Virus record (IMG/VR): IMGVR_UViG_3300045988_044847
Span: 1-35,983 of that record
From: a virus
DNA length: 35,983 nt
Reading direction: 5' to 3' (one strand)
The notes under the pieces are model-generated. The model saw nothing but the letters and a program-made list of their open reading frames with translations. It was not told the DNA's origin and searched no databases. This document shows, one piece after another, positions 6,716-16,126 of the stretch. Made by a program: the position numbers and the translations under genes. Within the stretch, counting starts at the first letter, position 1. Each line of letters opens with the position of its first letter.

Positions 6716-7672
6716 TTAAACGCCTGTTGCCAGGCACATTTTAGTAAATTCAGGAACTGCAAGCATCGCGTCTGCTGCAAATACAGTAGTACTATAATAT
6801 TTGCGATCCTTTGCGTCTCTCATGAACGGCGCAATATCCAGTGTGGAATCTTCCAACGCCAACTGCATGTTACGTTTTGGACCGAACACAATAAAACTCT
6901 GAACTTTCAATGCGTCCGCTTTCGCGCTATTGGACACGTGGCGCAATTCAATCAGCTTGTAGCCTTCGAAGTAATAAGCGGGTTTGCCGTCCTCGAAATT
7001 AGCCTGCGCCAAATGATTGTCTTTGTTTTCTACCAAGTCCTTGTAAGCGCGCATAATGTCGCTGGATACGAAGAACTCGCTCTCCTCCAACATGTCCGGG
7101 CGCTGGTTGTCGATACACCATTTCAGGCAATCCAATACGTTCTGTGATGTGCCCGACGGAACAAGGGTTTTGATCTCCTGTGCGCTGTTCTGCATCTGCT
7201 TGATGATACCGCCATTTTTGAAAACGGTGTAAACTCCTGCTGCATCAGATGCTTTCAGACCGTCCAACCAAGTAAGACGCAACATGTCAGCCTCCAATAC
7301 TTTGAGAATCTCGTTTTGCATGAATGCCGCCAATTGTGTTTGGTCGAAATCAGCCGACAAATGTACGCCTTTCGCTACCATTTTGCCCCAAAGGTCCTGC
7401 AGACAAACCACGATAGGAAGCTCAATTTGCGCGTGATCGTAATATTTCACCTTATCGCTCACGGAGCTATAAGTATATTTGCTATCGCAACCGCTTGAAC
7501 GTCTTACTGCCTTGTCTACGGCTGTAAACGACACGATCGGGAAGCCCTTTTCAATTCCGGAAAGAACGGTTACGCCTCTCTCCAATTCACCCTCTAGTCC
7601 CAGCGTTAATGTGATAACGTCCGAAAGGGTGTTGATATTCAACTTGTTTAAGTCACTAAATGAAAATGCCAT
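6716..7672 (-). CDS. Major capsid protein candidate (HK97-fold class), 318 aa
   Basis: About 35 kDa and immediately downstream of the protease-scaffold gene. This is the typical position and size; no database confirmation was possible. Confidence 0.65.
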   Translation of the reverse strand: MAFSFSDLNKLNINTLSDVITLTLGLEGELERGVTVLSGIEKGFPIVSFTAVDKAVRRSSGCDSKYTYSSVSDKVKYYDHAQIELPIVVCLQDLWGKMVAKGVHLSADFDQTQLAAFMQNEILKVLEADMLRLTWLDGLKASDAAGVYTVFKNGGIIKQMQNSAQEIKTLVPSGTSQNVLDCLKWCIDNQRPDMLEESEFFVSSDIMRAYKDLVENKDNHLAQANFEDGKPAYYFEGYKLIELRHVSNSAKADALKVQSFIVFGPKRNMQLALEDSTLDIAPFMRDAKDRKYYSTTVFAADAMLAVPEFTKMCLATGV

Positions 7673-7692
7673 AATTTTAATATTTTATTGGT

Positions 7693-8712
7693 TTAGTAAT
7701 TGAATTTTTTGCGCATAGCTGCTGCCGCTGCCTGAACGGCTTCACGGCTCAACTTGCTTTCGCCCTTCTTATCGGTCTTTACCTCGGTCTTTGATGCCGC
7801 GGGTGTTCCGGTACGTTTGCTTAGTTGAGTTTTGAGGCTTGAAACGGTTGCCTTTAGTTCGGTAACTTCTCTGCGAAGTGTTGCAAGCTCTTCCGGTGTA
7901 GACGTTTTCTTCTCGTCTTTCGGTTTCTCTTCCGTCTCTTCTGCAAGTTCTTCTTGCCCCCCTTCTTCGCGTTTCTCTTCGCTCTCAACTTCTTTCACAT
8001 CGGAAATCTTTCCGGCAACGACTGATATAATCATGTCCTCACCCTCCCCAATTGAAATGTAGTAGTCACCATCTTCTACCGGGTTGCCCTCGGCGTCCTG
8101 CACCTCGTCACCTAGAGCCGCCTGCTCGCCTTGTGCGATGATAACAAGCTCTTTCCCCTCTTTGGTTGTGACGGTTTCCCTAGCTAGTTTAGTAGTCTTT
8201 ACTAGCTTTGCCAAATTCGTCCAAAATTTACTCATTGATAAATTGTTTAAATTGTTATTAAATAAAGAACTAGTAGCCGCGGGTAGACCCACCAAATCGG
8301 CACTAAATAATTCACGAACTTCTACCACGGTTGCTATTCCTGTCTCGTCGTCCAGTTCCTTAACGTCAACCTGATTGACTGATACGCCGATAAGATCCGG
8401 CTCCTTCTCGATCATGGCAACCATAAAATTAAACTCGCTAGGGTACGCCGTTTCCAGTGCTTCCGACATAATCAGGTCAGCGTAAACTGCTGTCTCGTCG
8501 TGTTGGAAGTTGGTAAAATAGCCTACATACCCATCTAGCAAGTCGGCGCCGTTGTGTGTACGGCGCGCATGGATCGGGCGGGAATTTCCAACCGCCACTA
8601 GCGAAGGGAAGGCAATTGCAGAGATGACTAATTTATAAGTCTTTCCCCCCTCTTCGTAGCTGTTGGCAGTTTCGCCCGCCTCTATAATGCGTAATTTTTC
8701 AAATTTTTTCAT
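7693..8712 (-). CDS. Prohead protease (HK97/S78-like N-domain) fused to an acidic coiled-coil scaffold-like C-domain
   Basis: The N-terminal part (RRTHNGADLLDGYVGYF...VYADL...LIGVSVNQV...VEVRELFSADLVGLPAAT) resembles the S78 His/Ser protease pattern (nH..iG..., SiGf, L.EvSlV..PA). The C-terminal half is a Glu/Lys-rich coil (EVESEEKREEGGQEELAEETEEK...). Confidence 0.6.
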   Translation of the reverse strand: MKKFEKLRIIEAGETANSYEEGGKTYKLVISAIAFPSLVAVGNSRPIHARRTHNGADLLDGYVGYFTNFQHDETAVYADLIMSEALETAYPSEFNFMVAMIEKEPDLIGVSVNQVDVKELDDETGIATVVEVRELFSADLVGLPAATSSLFNNNLNNLSMSKFWTNLAKLVKTTKLARETVTTKEGKELVIIAQGEQAALGDEVQDAEGNPVEDGDYYISIGEGEDMIISVVAGKISDVKEVESEEKREEGGQEELAEETEEKPKDEKKTSTPEELATLRREVTELKATVSSLKTQLSKRTGTPAASKTEVKTDKKGESKLSREAVQAAAAAMRKKFNY

Positions 8713-8733
8713 TCTATTACCTTATTATCGTTA

Positions 8734-8741
8734 CAAAGATA
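8734..8741 (-). promoter_or_regulatory. Candidate -7 element TATCTTTG upstream of the protease-scaffold gene (no -33 TTTG at proper spacing)
   Basis: Minus strand reads ATAATATATCTTTGTAACGATAATAAGGTAATAGAATG. Only the -7 element matches. Confidence 0.3.
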
Positions 8742-8780
8742 TATTATTATGCGGCACGAAGCCACGGCTTCACCTACGAT

Positions 8781-11294
8781 TTACAGGTTAGCCGCTACTT
8801 GTACGCTATTATACTGCTGTTGTCCGGCGTCTATGTCGGTTACAGCCACCCGTGGGGGCGGGACGCTAGCCACTGAATCGTACATGATCGCCGCCAGTTT
8901 TTGAAGGCTGTCATTTGACAGGCTGAAATTGTTTGGTAACGTCATAGTCGATCCGCTGCCAATGTCTATTTTTCCCCCATTGGCGTACCGGTACACGCCC
9001 GACGATCCGAAAGAACGCCCGCCGTACTCCATGTTTAGCGCGCTTAGCGCATTGATCGCGCCCGACGCTTTACGGTTCAAAATATACATATTCTCGCCGC
9101 CCTCGGCTTCGAACTGCTGCCCGTTCGACCCGGTGAACGTCACGCCCCCCGCCGCATGGCTAGCTCCGTAGATTTGCCCACCCTTCGCGTATTTGCGAAC
9201 GCTTGTGTTAATCTTAGTGTCCGGCTCTTTGGTCTTGTTGATGCTCATAACGTTCTTCATACCCGCCGCCACTACGATAGCCGCCTGCGCGATACCCCAG
9301 ATACCGCCCTGCGCCAGTGCTTTAGACGCGCCTAAATAAGTATTGATAAGTGCTTGCGCCGTGGCAAATGCCTTTCCCGCCGCGCTCTCTTCGCCTAACA
9401 GGCTTGAGAGTTGTCCGGCTGTGCCCGCTGCCATCTCTAATTGCGCGTTATAGTATTTACGTTTTAGTTCATCCTTCATGATCTCGAAACGCTCGGTTAT
9501 CGCGGTTGTTTCCGCCCCGATGGCTTCCGCGTTCGCGATCTCCGCCGCTTTTTGCGCATCCAGTCTCGCAAGTTGGCTTTCCAGATCATTAGCCATTTTC
9601 ATATCGGCTAATGATCGCTCGTTTTCCAAGTTCATAGCTTGACGGTCTCGTTCTTGCTGGTCTTCTTCATCCTTCCGGGCCTTGACTTCTGCGGCATATT
9701 CCAACTCGAGTTGGCGAACGTTGTTAATGTATTCTTGTTCACCGATAAGACCCTGCGCCCGTCTGTACGTCTCAATCTCTATCTTCTGATCGTTAACCGC
9801 TTGCAATTCCTGCAATGATATTTTAGCCCCTTCTATTTCGCGCTGTGCTATATCTAGCTGCATCGCGGTAACTGCTTCCGAGTATTTTTTGAGCTGTGCT
9901 TCCTGCGCCGCCTTGATCGCGTCCTGCGCCTTCTTCTGCGCGTCTGCTTCTCTCTTTGCCGCGTCTTCTGCCGCCTTCGCTGACTTCGCCGCCGCCGCTT
10001 GTGCCGCTTGCGCCTGCTTGTCCCTCTCTTGCTTTATGAAACCGGACACCTGCCCCGCCATTTCTTTTTCCTGTGTGGCATATTGGGCGCGCGCTGCTTC
10101 CAGTGCTGCGAGGGCTTCCTGTTCTTTCCGTGCGTCCTCGTCACTAGTGTAGCCTAGTTGGTTCTCGGCTTTTATCTGTTTATACTTAGCGTCCAGTACG
10201 GACAACTCCATATCTCGGATAGCGTGTAACTTGTCCCTAGCTTGTTCTAGCAATTTAGTACGTTCCGCTGCTGATTTGTTTTGATCCGCCGCCAGCGTCT
10301 TAAGTTCTTCCATCTCGCGCCGCATCTGTGCCATAGGTACGAGTGCCGCCGTTTCAGCTTGGTAAATCTTCTGCGTTTGGGCTGCCAACCGTGCGCCTTC
10401 CGCCGCTGCCCTCTTCGTCTCTTCACTGATAAGCCCTAACTTATCCAGAAGCCATGTAACGCCCTTAGCAAGGTTTTCAAGAAGGAAGGCTACGCCTTCA
10501 AACAATCCGGTTATCCAGTCCAGCAAGCGCCCGAAAACGACCTTAAACGGCGCGAACGCCGCATTTAAGCTAGTCGCTAGCTCGCTGTTACGTTTCATCA
10601 GCTTTTCGATAATACCGATAAGAGTTAAGACGAGCGACACGACGAATATAATAGGGTTCGCTTTCAGAGCCGCGTTAAACGCCTGTACGCCAGCAATACC
10701 GCTTTTCATTTGTCCCACCAGCGCACCCGTGCCTCCTGTCAGTCCCTGCGTTTGGAGTATGCCATCCTTGACGCTCTCGGCGTAGTTACCCACGTTACGT
10801 CGGTTGTCGCCTACCGACTTTTCAAGCTCCTTTAGTTTGTCCGATAACGCTTTGGTCTGCTCGGTTAAGTCTTGCCCTTCCTTGCTGGTAGTCCGTTGCG
10901 CCTCGCTCATCTTGTTCAGCTCGGTGGTGTTTTGCGCCAGTTGGGCGCGTAGCGCGTTGACGCTCGTAGCCTCGTTGTCCAGCAGCGTTTTAGTGCTCTT
11001 GATCTCCGCGTTGTTCTGCCTGTTGGCTTCCGTGTTGTCTAGGATCGCCTTCTGCGTCTCAATAAGAGATTTATTCAGCTTCTTAACGGTCGCGTCGTAC
11101 TTGTCTTGTTGCACAAGTCCGTCCGCGTAGTTCTGGTTTAGCGCGTCTAGCTCCTTCTTCTCGGAGGCGTACGCCGCTTGCAAATCCTTCTTAGTTTTTG
11201 CAAGGGCTATACTCTTGGCTATTAACGCGTCCAGCCCCCTCTCGGCTTCAGAAGTGCCGAAATTGAGGTCTAATAATGTTACTTGATCCGCCAT
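8781..11294 (-). CDS. Tape measure protein, 837 aa
   Basis: Long coiled-coil segments flank hydrophobic segments (IIFVVSLVLTLIGII, ITGLFEGVAFLL, IWGIAQAAIVVAAGM). There is a Gly-rich C-terminal module. Architecture and size are typical of tape measure proteins. Confidence 0.75.
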   Translation of the reverse strand: MADQVTLLDLNFGTSEAERGLDALIAKSIALAKTKKDLQAAYASEKKELDALNQNYADGLVQQDKYDATVKKLNKSLIETQKAILDNTEANRQNNAEIKSTKTLLDNEATSVNALRAQLAQNTTELNKMSEAQRTTSKEGQDLTEQTKALSDKLKELEKSVGDNRRNVGNYAESVKDGILQTQGLTGGTGALVGQMKSGIAGVQAFNAALKANPIIFVVSLVLTLIGIIEKLMKRNSELATSLNAAFAPFKVVFGRLLDWITGLFEGVAFLLENLAKGVTWLLDKLGLISEETKRAAAEGARLAAQTQKIYQAETAALVPMAQMRREMEELKTLAADQNKSAAERTKLLEQARDKLHAIRDMELSVLDAKYKQIKAENQLGYTSDEDARKEQEALAALEAARAQYATQEKEMAGQVSGFIKQERDKQAQAAQAAAAKSAKAAEDAAKREADAQKKAQDAIKAAQEAQLKKYSEAVTAMQLDIAQREIEGAKISLQELQAVNDQKIEIETYRRAQGLIGEQEYINNVRQLELEYAAEVKARKDEEDQQERDRQAMNLENERSLADMKMANDLESQLARLDAQKAAEIANAEAIGAETTAITERFEIMKDELKRKYYNAQLEMAAGTAGQLSSLLGEESAAGKAFATAQALINTYLGASKALAQGGIWGIAQAAIVVAAGMKNVMSINKTKEPDTKINTSVRKYAKGGQIYGASHAAGGVTFTGSNGQQFEAEGGENMYILNRKASGAINALSALNMEYGGRSFGSSGVYRYANGGKIDIGSGSTMTLPNNFSLSNDSLQKLAAIMYDSVASVPPPRVAVTDIDAGQQQYNSVQVAANL

Positions 11295-11300
11295 ATTAAT

Positions 11301-13046
11301 CTATTTTAAATCCATTTTGTACAAAGATAGCTTGCAATCTCCGGTTGACACGTCAAATTCACCTAACGATTTTATGTAGAAATAGCTGTTTAGCTGGGAG
11401 AAGTAGTACGCATCCCCTAACCGAAGGTTTTCCACGTCCGCATATTCTAATTGTGCCTTGATCTTCACCTGCACCCGTGACCTGAACATTTTGAAATGCC
11501 GGTTGATATACGGATAGTATATGTTCTTAACAAACGTATAATTGTAATTATAGCTGCTAGGTTTGGCGAACGCGGCGGTTAGCCCCATGATCGGGAATAC
11601 CCGGCTATTATAGGAGAATTTAACAGACGATTTGTAAGCGTCCTTAACAGGCGTTACCGTTCCGGGTCCGTTGGAGTAACTGAATTTTTCCGAGCCTACC
11701 GTGCACACATATTGATCCGCGAACTCGTCCGGCACGTCTACGGTCTCTACGCTGCGTAGCTTATCGCTCCAATCGTGTACACGTGTCCACGCCGCACTTG
11801 TCCCGTCTCTTAAATCAGCGTCTACTACTGGCTCTACACGTAACGTACCGTTGCGATAAATTTTCCGCCAGTGCCACGCCGCGCACATGTCATCTACTAT
11901 GTTTTTTACATCAGTATAGGGGAAATCGATTGCCACGTTGGTGACCGAATCGTACTGGGGCTTAATAGCCGCATCATACACCACTTGCCCCGCTCCGCAT
12001 CTTATCAGCTCCTCCGGGTCGTAGCCGTCAGGGAATCTGAAATAATCTGTACGTGTCACGCCCCCGATAGTCGCCGCCAGTTGCATATACGCGTCCTGTT
12101 TAGGGTAAACCGTCATTTGCGCATTATCCTCCGTAACGTAAATCCAAATACGGTCGGTTATGCTCCCGTAGTAGGACATTGACCGCCCCATCGTCGAAGT
12201 AACGCCACGTAGAGTTATAACGGGCTTCGTAGTCGGTATTACGTCTCCCTTGTATTCTACGATCATCCGGAACTGCTGGTTCGCCCCCGCCGAAATCAGG
12301 AATCCCGCCGCTCCGCCCCCCGAACGGTCACCAAAGTACGAAGCGTACATATATATCTGTGAGTTGTCCAACACAACCGCCGCGGTGTCCGGATACTTAT
12401 ACCCCCCGCGACCCTTGGTGCTGTCTTTGGGTACCAGCTTAACCGTGCCAGTCGCCACGTTGTCCTGCCACGTGATACTGCCACGGGCGCAAACCATGGT
12501 GGGCGCCAGCACGGCGGCGTCTTCCGGCTGCGGAAGCAAACCGCCAGGGTTGTAAAACGGGTTAATCGGCGGGAATGTTATTTGCGGAAAGTCAACATAT
12601 TGGCGGACTATCTTTGCAAGGTTGGCGGCGCTTAAATTTATCCCCCCATCCTTCACGAGGCTAAAATCGGGTAACGTCGATATAGGTTTGCTCACGTCCG
12701 CCCACTTGTCCGTACTCTCAATCAAGTTGATCGTGTACTCCGTTTCTGTCGCGGATACCTTGGCGTAAAATTCCGTTGGCTCGTCGGACACATAAGCGTA
12801 ATACTTGAACGGGATGGACGCTACTTGCAGTTGCGCCGAATAGTATTCGCAATTCAAAAGCCCTTTGTTAAGCCCTATAAACGTCCGGTCATTATCGGGC
12901 GTTCTAGGCACTTTGACCGTCGCGCTAAAAGCAACGCTATCCCCAGTCATGGTAACTGGGGAAATGTTGTTTAATGTGATTTTGACCGTTGCGTTATCTA
13001 GTCCGTCTATGTCGTAACCGTTAACTCTTAATGATACTATTTTCAT
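11301..13046 (-). CDS. Distal-tail (Dit)-like protein with a large extension; start trimmed to MKIVSLRVNGYDIDG (581 aa)
   Basis: The ATG at 13046 lies 1 nt after the upstream stop. The N-terminus resembles siphophage Dit N-domains. This is a weak, position-supported call. Confidence 0.45.
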   Translation of the reverse strand: MKIVSLRVNGYDIDGLDNATVKITLNNISPVTMTGDSVAFSATVKVPRTPDNDRTFIGLNKGLLNCEYYSAQLQVASIPFKYYAYVSDEPTEFYAKVSATETEYTINLIESTDKWADVSKPISTLPDFSLVKDGGINLSAANLAKIVRQYVDFPQITFPPINPFYNPGGLLPQPEDAAVLAPTMVCARGSITWQDNVATGTVKLVPKDSTKGRGGYKYPDTAAVVLDNSQIYMYASYFGDRSGGGAAGFLISAGANQQFRMIVEYKGDVIPTTKPVITLRGVTSTMGRSMSYYGSITDRIWIYVTEDNAQMTVYPKQDAYMQLAATIGGVTRTDYFRFPDGYDPEELIRCGAGQVVYDAAIKPQYDSVTNVAIDFPYTDVKNIVDDMCAAWHWRKIYRNGTLRVEPVVDADLRDGTSAAWTRVHDWSDKLRSVETVDVPDEFADQYVCTVGSEKFSYSNGPGTVTPVKDAYKSSVKFSYNSRVFPIMGLTAAFAKPSSYNYNYTFVKNIYYPYINRHFKMFRSRVQVKIKAQLEYADVENLRLGDAYYFSQLNSYFYIKSLGEFDVSTGDCKLSLYKMDLK

Positions 13047-13047
13047 C

Positions 13048-15282
13048 TTATCCCTCCTGTTCAATTATACAAATTGCGATCTCGCCTGTGACGTTTTCTG
13101 TTACTTTCAGATACCCGCTACGTTTCGTTCCGGTGCTGTTGGCGGTGTATGTAATATCAATAGGTACAACTCCCGCCGCGCCGTTATTAGGGGAAACCGC
13201 CACCCAAGACGGCTTCTCGGTCATCGCCCAACCGTTTGTAGATCCGCAAGCTACCTGCTTAACAGTCCCAGACGTTTTTGGCGCGGTTACCCTTGCTGGG
13301 TATATGGCTATAACAGTTGGCGCGCCTCCCTGATTAACCGTGACTACTGCGATCTGTTGCGTCAGCTGATTATAGAATGTTATTGTCCCGGTTCTCGGAT
13401 CGTTCGTAGCGTTATCCGCAATCCTTAACGTTACGTTGGTTGCGCCGTTCGGTCCATCGTATTGGCTAGGCGTTATCCATGGGTCACGCTGCGAAATAGA
13501 CCACGTACCCAAAGATGTCAGGGCAACCGTAACCGGTATATGAATGTAGCCCGCGGCGATCGTAGACGGCGTGGCGGTTATACTTCCCGTAGCTCCTGCC
13601 TGATTGATCGGTATTGTGTAAGTGGCGGACCCTGCCTTGCTCTTCAATACGAGGTTACCCGTTCTAGCATCGCCGGTGTTGGGGGCTATTGTGCCGTATA
13701 CATATTGTGTTCCGGCTTCTCCAATCCGGGTGTATATACTGTTGTCAGACACACCGATTTGCGCGGCTGTTGCGTCAGTCGGAACGATATTTGACAGCGG
13801 CTCTTTCTGCAACCTAAAAATAGCGTAGACCGCTCCGCTTATATTTACGGTTTTAGTTTGATTCGCCCCAGATATTAAATTATCCCCTGCAATATATGCC
13901 ATATTTGCGTCAAAAGAGTACATGGTTACATTGAATCCGGGAACAAACGCCCTAATGAATACGGGTTTTCCGTATATAGGAATGGGGTTCTTCGATCTTA
14001 TATAACCGTTAGAGGCAAATTTCATGTCCTCGTAAGACGTTCCGGGCGCGCCTGTTAGCCCGCCTTGTTCGAAGTCATTCGCTGTTAATGTTATCATATC
14101 ACCGAAGGCGAACCAGTCCGGTTTACTCTGTACCTCCCATGCCGCATTGCTGTAAATGTTGTTAACTAGTCCTTCCGCATACGCCGCGCCGACCGTCCAC
14201 GGGTTTTTCTGCGCGCTAAACGCGATCGACGGTGTAGGCGGTTGGTCCGGTGCTAGCGGGAACATGTAATTGTCCGTTAGCTCGGTTGTCCTGAACCTTA
14301 CTTGCTGTCTGTACGTCTTAGTACTGTTTGACCACCGCGCGCCGGTGTCGCCCATAACCTCGGCTCTGAACCGCTTGTTCTGGTATTGGTTTATGCCGGG
14401 AAGGTTCAAGTCAAACACGACATTAGACGACACCAGCAACTCCTGGTAGACGTTATACCACTCTTCGCCATACTCTAAGTTAATGGTTAGTTCCGCTTGT
14501 TCCGTTACGCCCCCACGTCCTCTAATAGATGTGAACTTGTTAGACCAAAAATAATCCTTGAACGCAGCCCAAAACCACTGCCCGTTGCGCATGTTCCATC
14601 TAGCCCTCAATGCACATTGCAGGCTCTCATCATAGATCACATCAGTATATAACTTGTCCTCGTAGTTAATCACCTGATCCAGACCAGACCCCCAAACATT
14701 TTTAATCGTCAGCTTCTTAATATACTTTATGTCGATCGTATTTCCCAGTACGTAGGTAGTAGGGAAGATCACGTCAGACGGCGCGCCCGTTACGGGTTCT
14801 ACCTCTACTTGGAACGCGTCCAACGGATGAATCCGGTAGGGGAAGTAGATGTCTAGCGTCTGGTTAGGTATGCGCGGTTTGGGCGGTTGGGGAAGCGCGC
14901 CGTCAACGCCCAAAGTGTCCCAGTACGTTTCATCACAATGAAACATGGGAAGCGTTATTTTATTGGCGGGGTTAGAACTCCATATTTCCACCTCCTGTTG
15001 CGGGAACGCCGGATCACCCTCTGATTTGTTGCGGTCTGCGCGTCTTAGCAACGGAGCGGCAAATGATAGGTCTAAATACACTTCCTCCTGATAGGGGAAC
15101 GTTATTTCCTTCTTGATCGCTCCACCGTTTGATACACGGACATACACCGGGTACTCATTGCCGCTTATGAAGTCCGGCGTCACCCGGATCATCAAAGGGC
15201 GCGTAGCCCACACGGGTAACTGACCGTTGTATGTCTGACCGTCACTTAGTGTTAAACCCGCTATCGGTATTTGTACATTCAT
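13048..15282 (-). CDS. Large tail/baseplate protein with a carbohydrate-binding-like domain (aa 398-512) and C-terminal BACON-type repeats (aa about 520-744)
   Basis: Repeats of the form W-x-I/V...PW(I/V)...G..G...V.L....N....R.G.I.......I.V.Q.G (WSISQRDPWITPS...VTVNQGG; GWAMTEKPSWVAVS...ICIIEQEG). The central domain is shared with the 784-aa protein. Confidence 0.6.
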   Translation of the reverse strand: MNVQIPIAGLTLSDGQTYNGQLPVWATRPLMIRVTPDFISGNEYPVYVRVSNGGAIKKEITFPYQEEVYLDLSFAAPLLRRADRNKSEGDPAFPQQEVEIWSSNPANKITLPMFHCDETYWDTLGVDGALPQPPKPRIPNQTLDIYFPYRIHPLDAFQVEVEPVTGAPSDVIFPTTYVLGNTIDIKYIKKLTIKNVWGSGLDQVINYEDKLYTDVIYDESLQCALRARWNMRNGQWFWAAFKDYFWSNKFTSIRGRGGVTEQAELTINLEYGEEWYNVYQELLVSSNVVFDLNLPGINQYQNKRFRAEVMGDTGARWSNSTKTYRQQVRFRTTELTDNYMFPLAPDQPPTPSIAFSAQKNPWTVGAAYAEGLVNNIYSNAAWEVQSKPDWFAFGDMITLTANDFEQGGLTGAPGTSYEDMKFASNGYIRSKNPIPIYGKPVFIRAFVPGFNVTMYSFDANMAYIAGDNLISGANQTKTVNISGAVYAIFRLQKEPLSNIVPTDATAAQIGVSDNSIYTRIGEAGTQYVYGTIAPNTGDARTGNLVLKSKAGSATYTIPINQAGATGSITATPSTIAAGYIHIPVTVALTSLGTWSISQRDPWITPSQYDGPNGATNVTLRIADNATNDPRTGTITFYNQLTQQIAVVTVNQGGAPTVIAIYPARVTAPKTSGTVKQVACGSTNGWAMTEKPSWVAVSPNNGAAGVVPIDITYTANSTGTKRSGYLKVTENVTGEIAICIIEQEG

Positions 15283-15728
15283 TATTTAATATTTAAAGTG
15301 TCAATAATAGCGTATCTAATTATAGTTACTATCTCGTTTTGCAACTTTAGCACCCTAGCCGGGTTAAGCACATCGGATACCACGCCGCCAGGGTTGTGGC
15401 TGTTGGGTACCTTGATCCCGAACTCGCCGATAGCCTTCGCAATCGGATACGCGGCGGTTAACGGTATGGTAGCTCCCTGCTTGTTCTTGTCCTCTATCCA
15501 TTTACGAATGATCCACAACGGCGGGCGTTTACCCGCAATGCGTCCGCCTTCCATCGCGCCTACATACCGAGGCGCGGTTATCTTAGCATTGTTGCCGCTT
15601 ACAACCAACTTAAGTTCTTTGGCAAAGTTACCGGACGCCATAAGCCCTTTAGCCTTGTAAGACGCTTCTATGTCGTCTCGTAGCTTGGTTAGTAGTACTT
15701 CTATTTCCAGTATCGCGTTACGTGCCAT
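15282..15728 (-). CDS. Virion-module protein, 148 aa (function unknown)
   Basis: ATG ORF with 1-nt overlaps to both neighbours inside the tail gene block. Confidence 0.55.
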   Translation of the reverse strand: MARNAILEIEVLLTKLRDDIEASYKAKGLMASGNFAKELKLVVSGNNAKITAPRYVGAMEGGRIAGKRPPLWIIRKWIEDKNKQGATIPLTAAYPIAKAIGEFGIKVPNSHNPGGVVSDVLNPARVLKLQNEIVTIIRYAIIDTLNIK

Positions 15729-16126
15729 TATTCAGATAGATTAAGAGTTATCTCCCAGCCTGATTTGGGACTGTCATAAATGTTTTGGCGCTTGGTTACC
15801 GCCGCGCCCTCGGACTCGTACAGGCAAACCGCCTTCTTCGCTATGTCGGTTATAATGGTAAACGTCCTATCCAGTACGTCGATCTCGGACGAGCTGTCAG
15901 TTTCGTAGAACGACGTGCCCAGTACTTGGATAAGTACGGCGATCGAGAACGGTTCGGCGGCGTAGTCGTTATAGTCCTGCCTACCGCCCGGAATGTCCAC
16001 AAAGATAAAATCACCCGTTATATCGTTCGCCAGTCGATTACGTGTGGCTTCATCTCCGAAGAATACGGGAAGCGCGTGTTGCGCCCCCCATGTTCCAACC
16101 TGATCCAATATCCCTTTAAAAGTCAT
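15728..16126 (-). CDS. Virion-module protein, 132 aa (neck/tail-completion-like candidate)
   Basis: ATG ORF tightly packed between tail genes. Only weak resemblance to tail-terminator-type small proteins. Confidence 0.5.
   Translation of the reverse strand: MTFKGILDQVGTWGAQHALPVFFGDEATRNRLANDITGDFIFVDIPGGRQDYNDYAAEPFSIAVLIQVLGTSFYETDSSSEIDVLDRTFTIITDIAKKAVCLYESEGAAVTKRQNIYDSPKSGWEITLNLSE

Noticed and set aside
11322-11329. TATCTTTG -7 motifs inside coding sequence (11322..11329 before the tape measure gene; 29371..29378 at the primase 3' end; 19512..19519 overlapping the TerL stop).
   Set aside because: None has a TTTG box at 18-19 nt spacing, and two are explained by the coding sequence (LSLYK and LSL codons). 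I keep them only as weak internal-promoter candidates.
13756-13776. Possible diversity-generating retroelement: a near-identical DNA stretch shared by two tail genes (13756..13776 versus 17805..17825).
   Set aside because: No reverse transcriptase gene is present anywhere in the genome. The mismatches between the two copies are not adenine-specific (C/T, G/C and A/G changes). The similarity reflects a shared protein domain.
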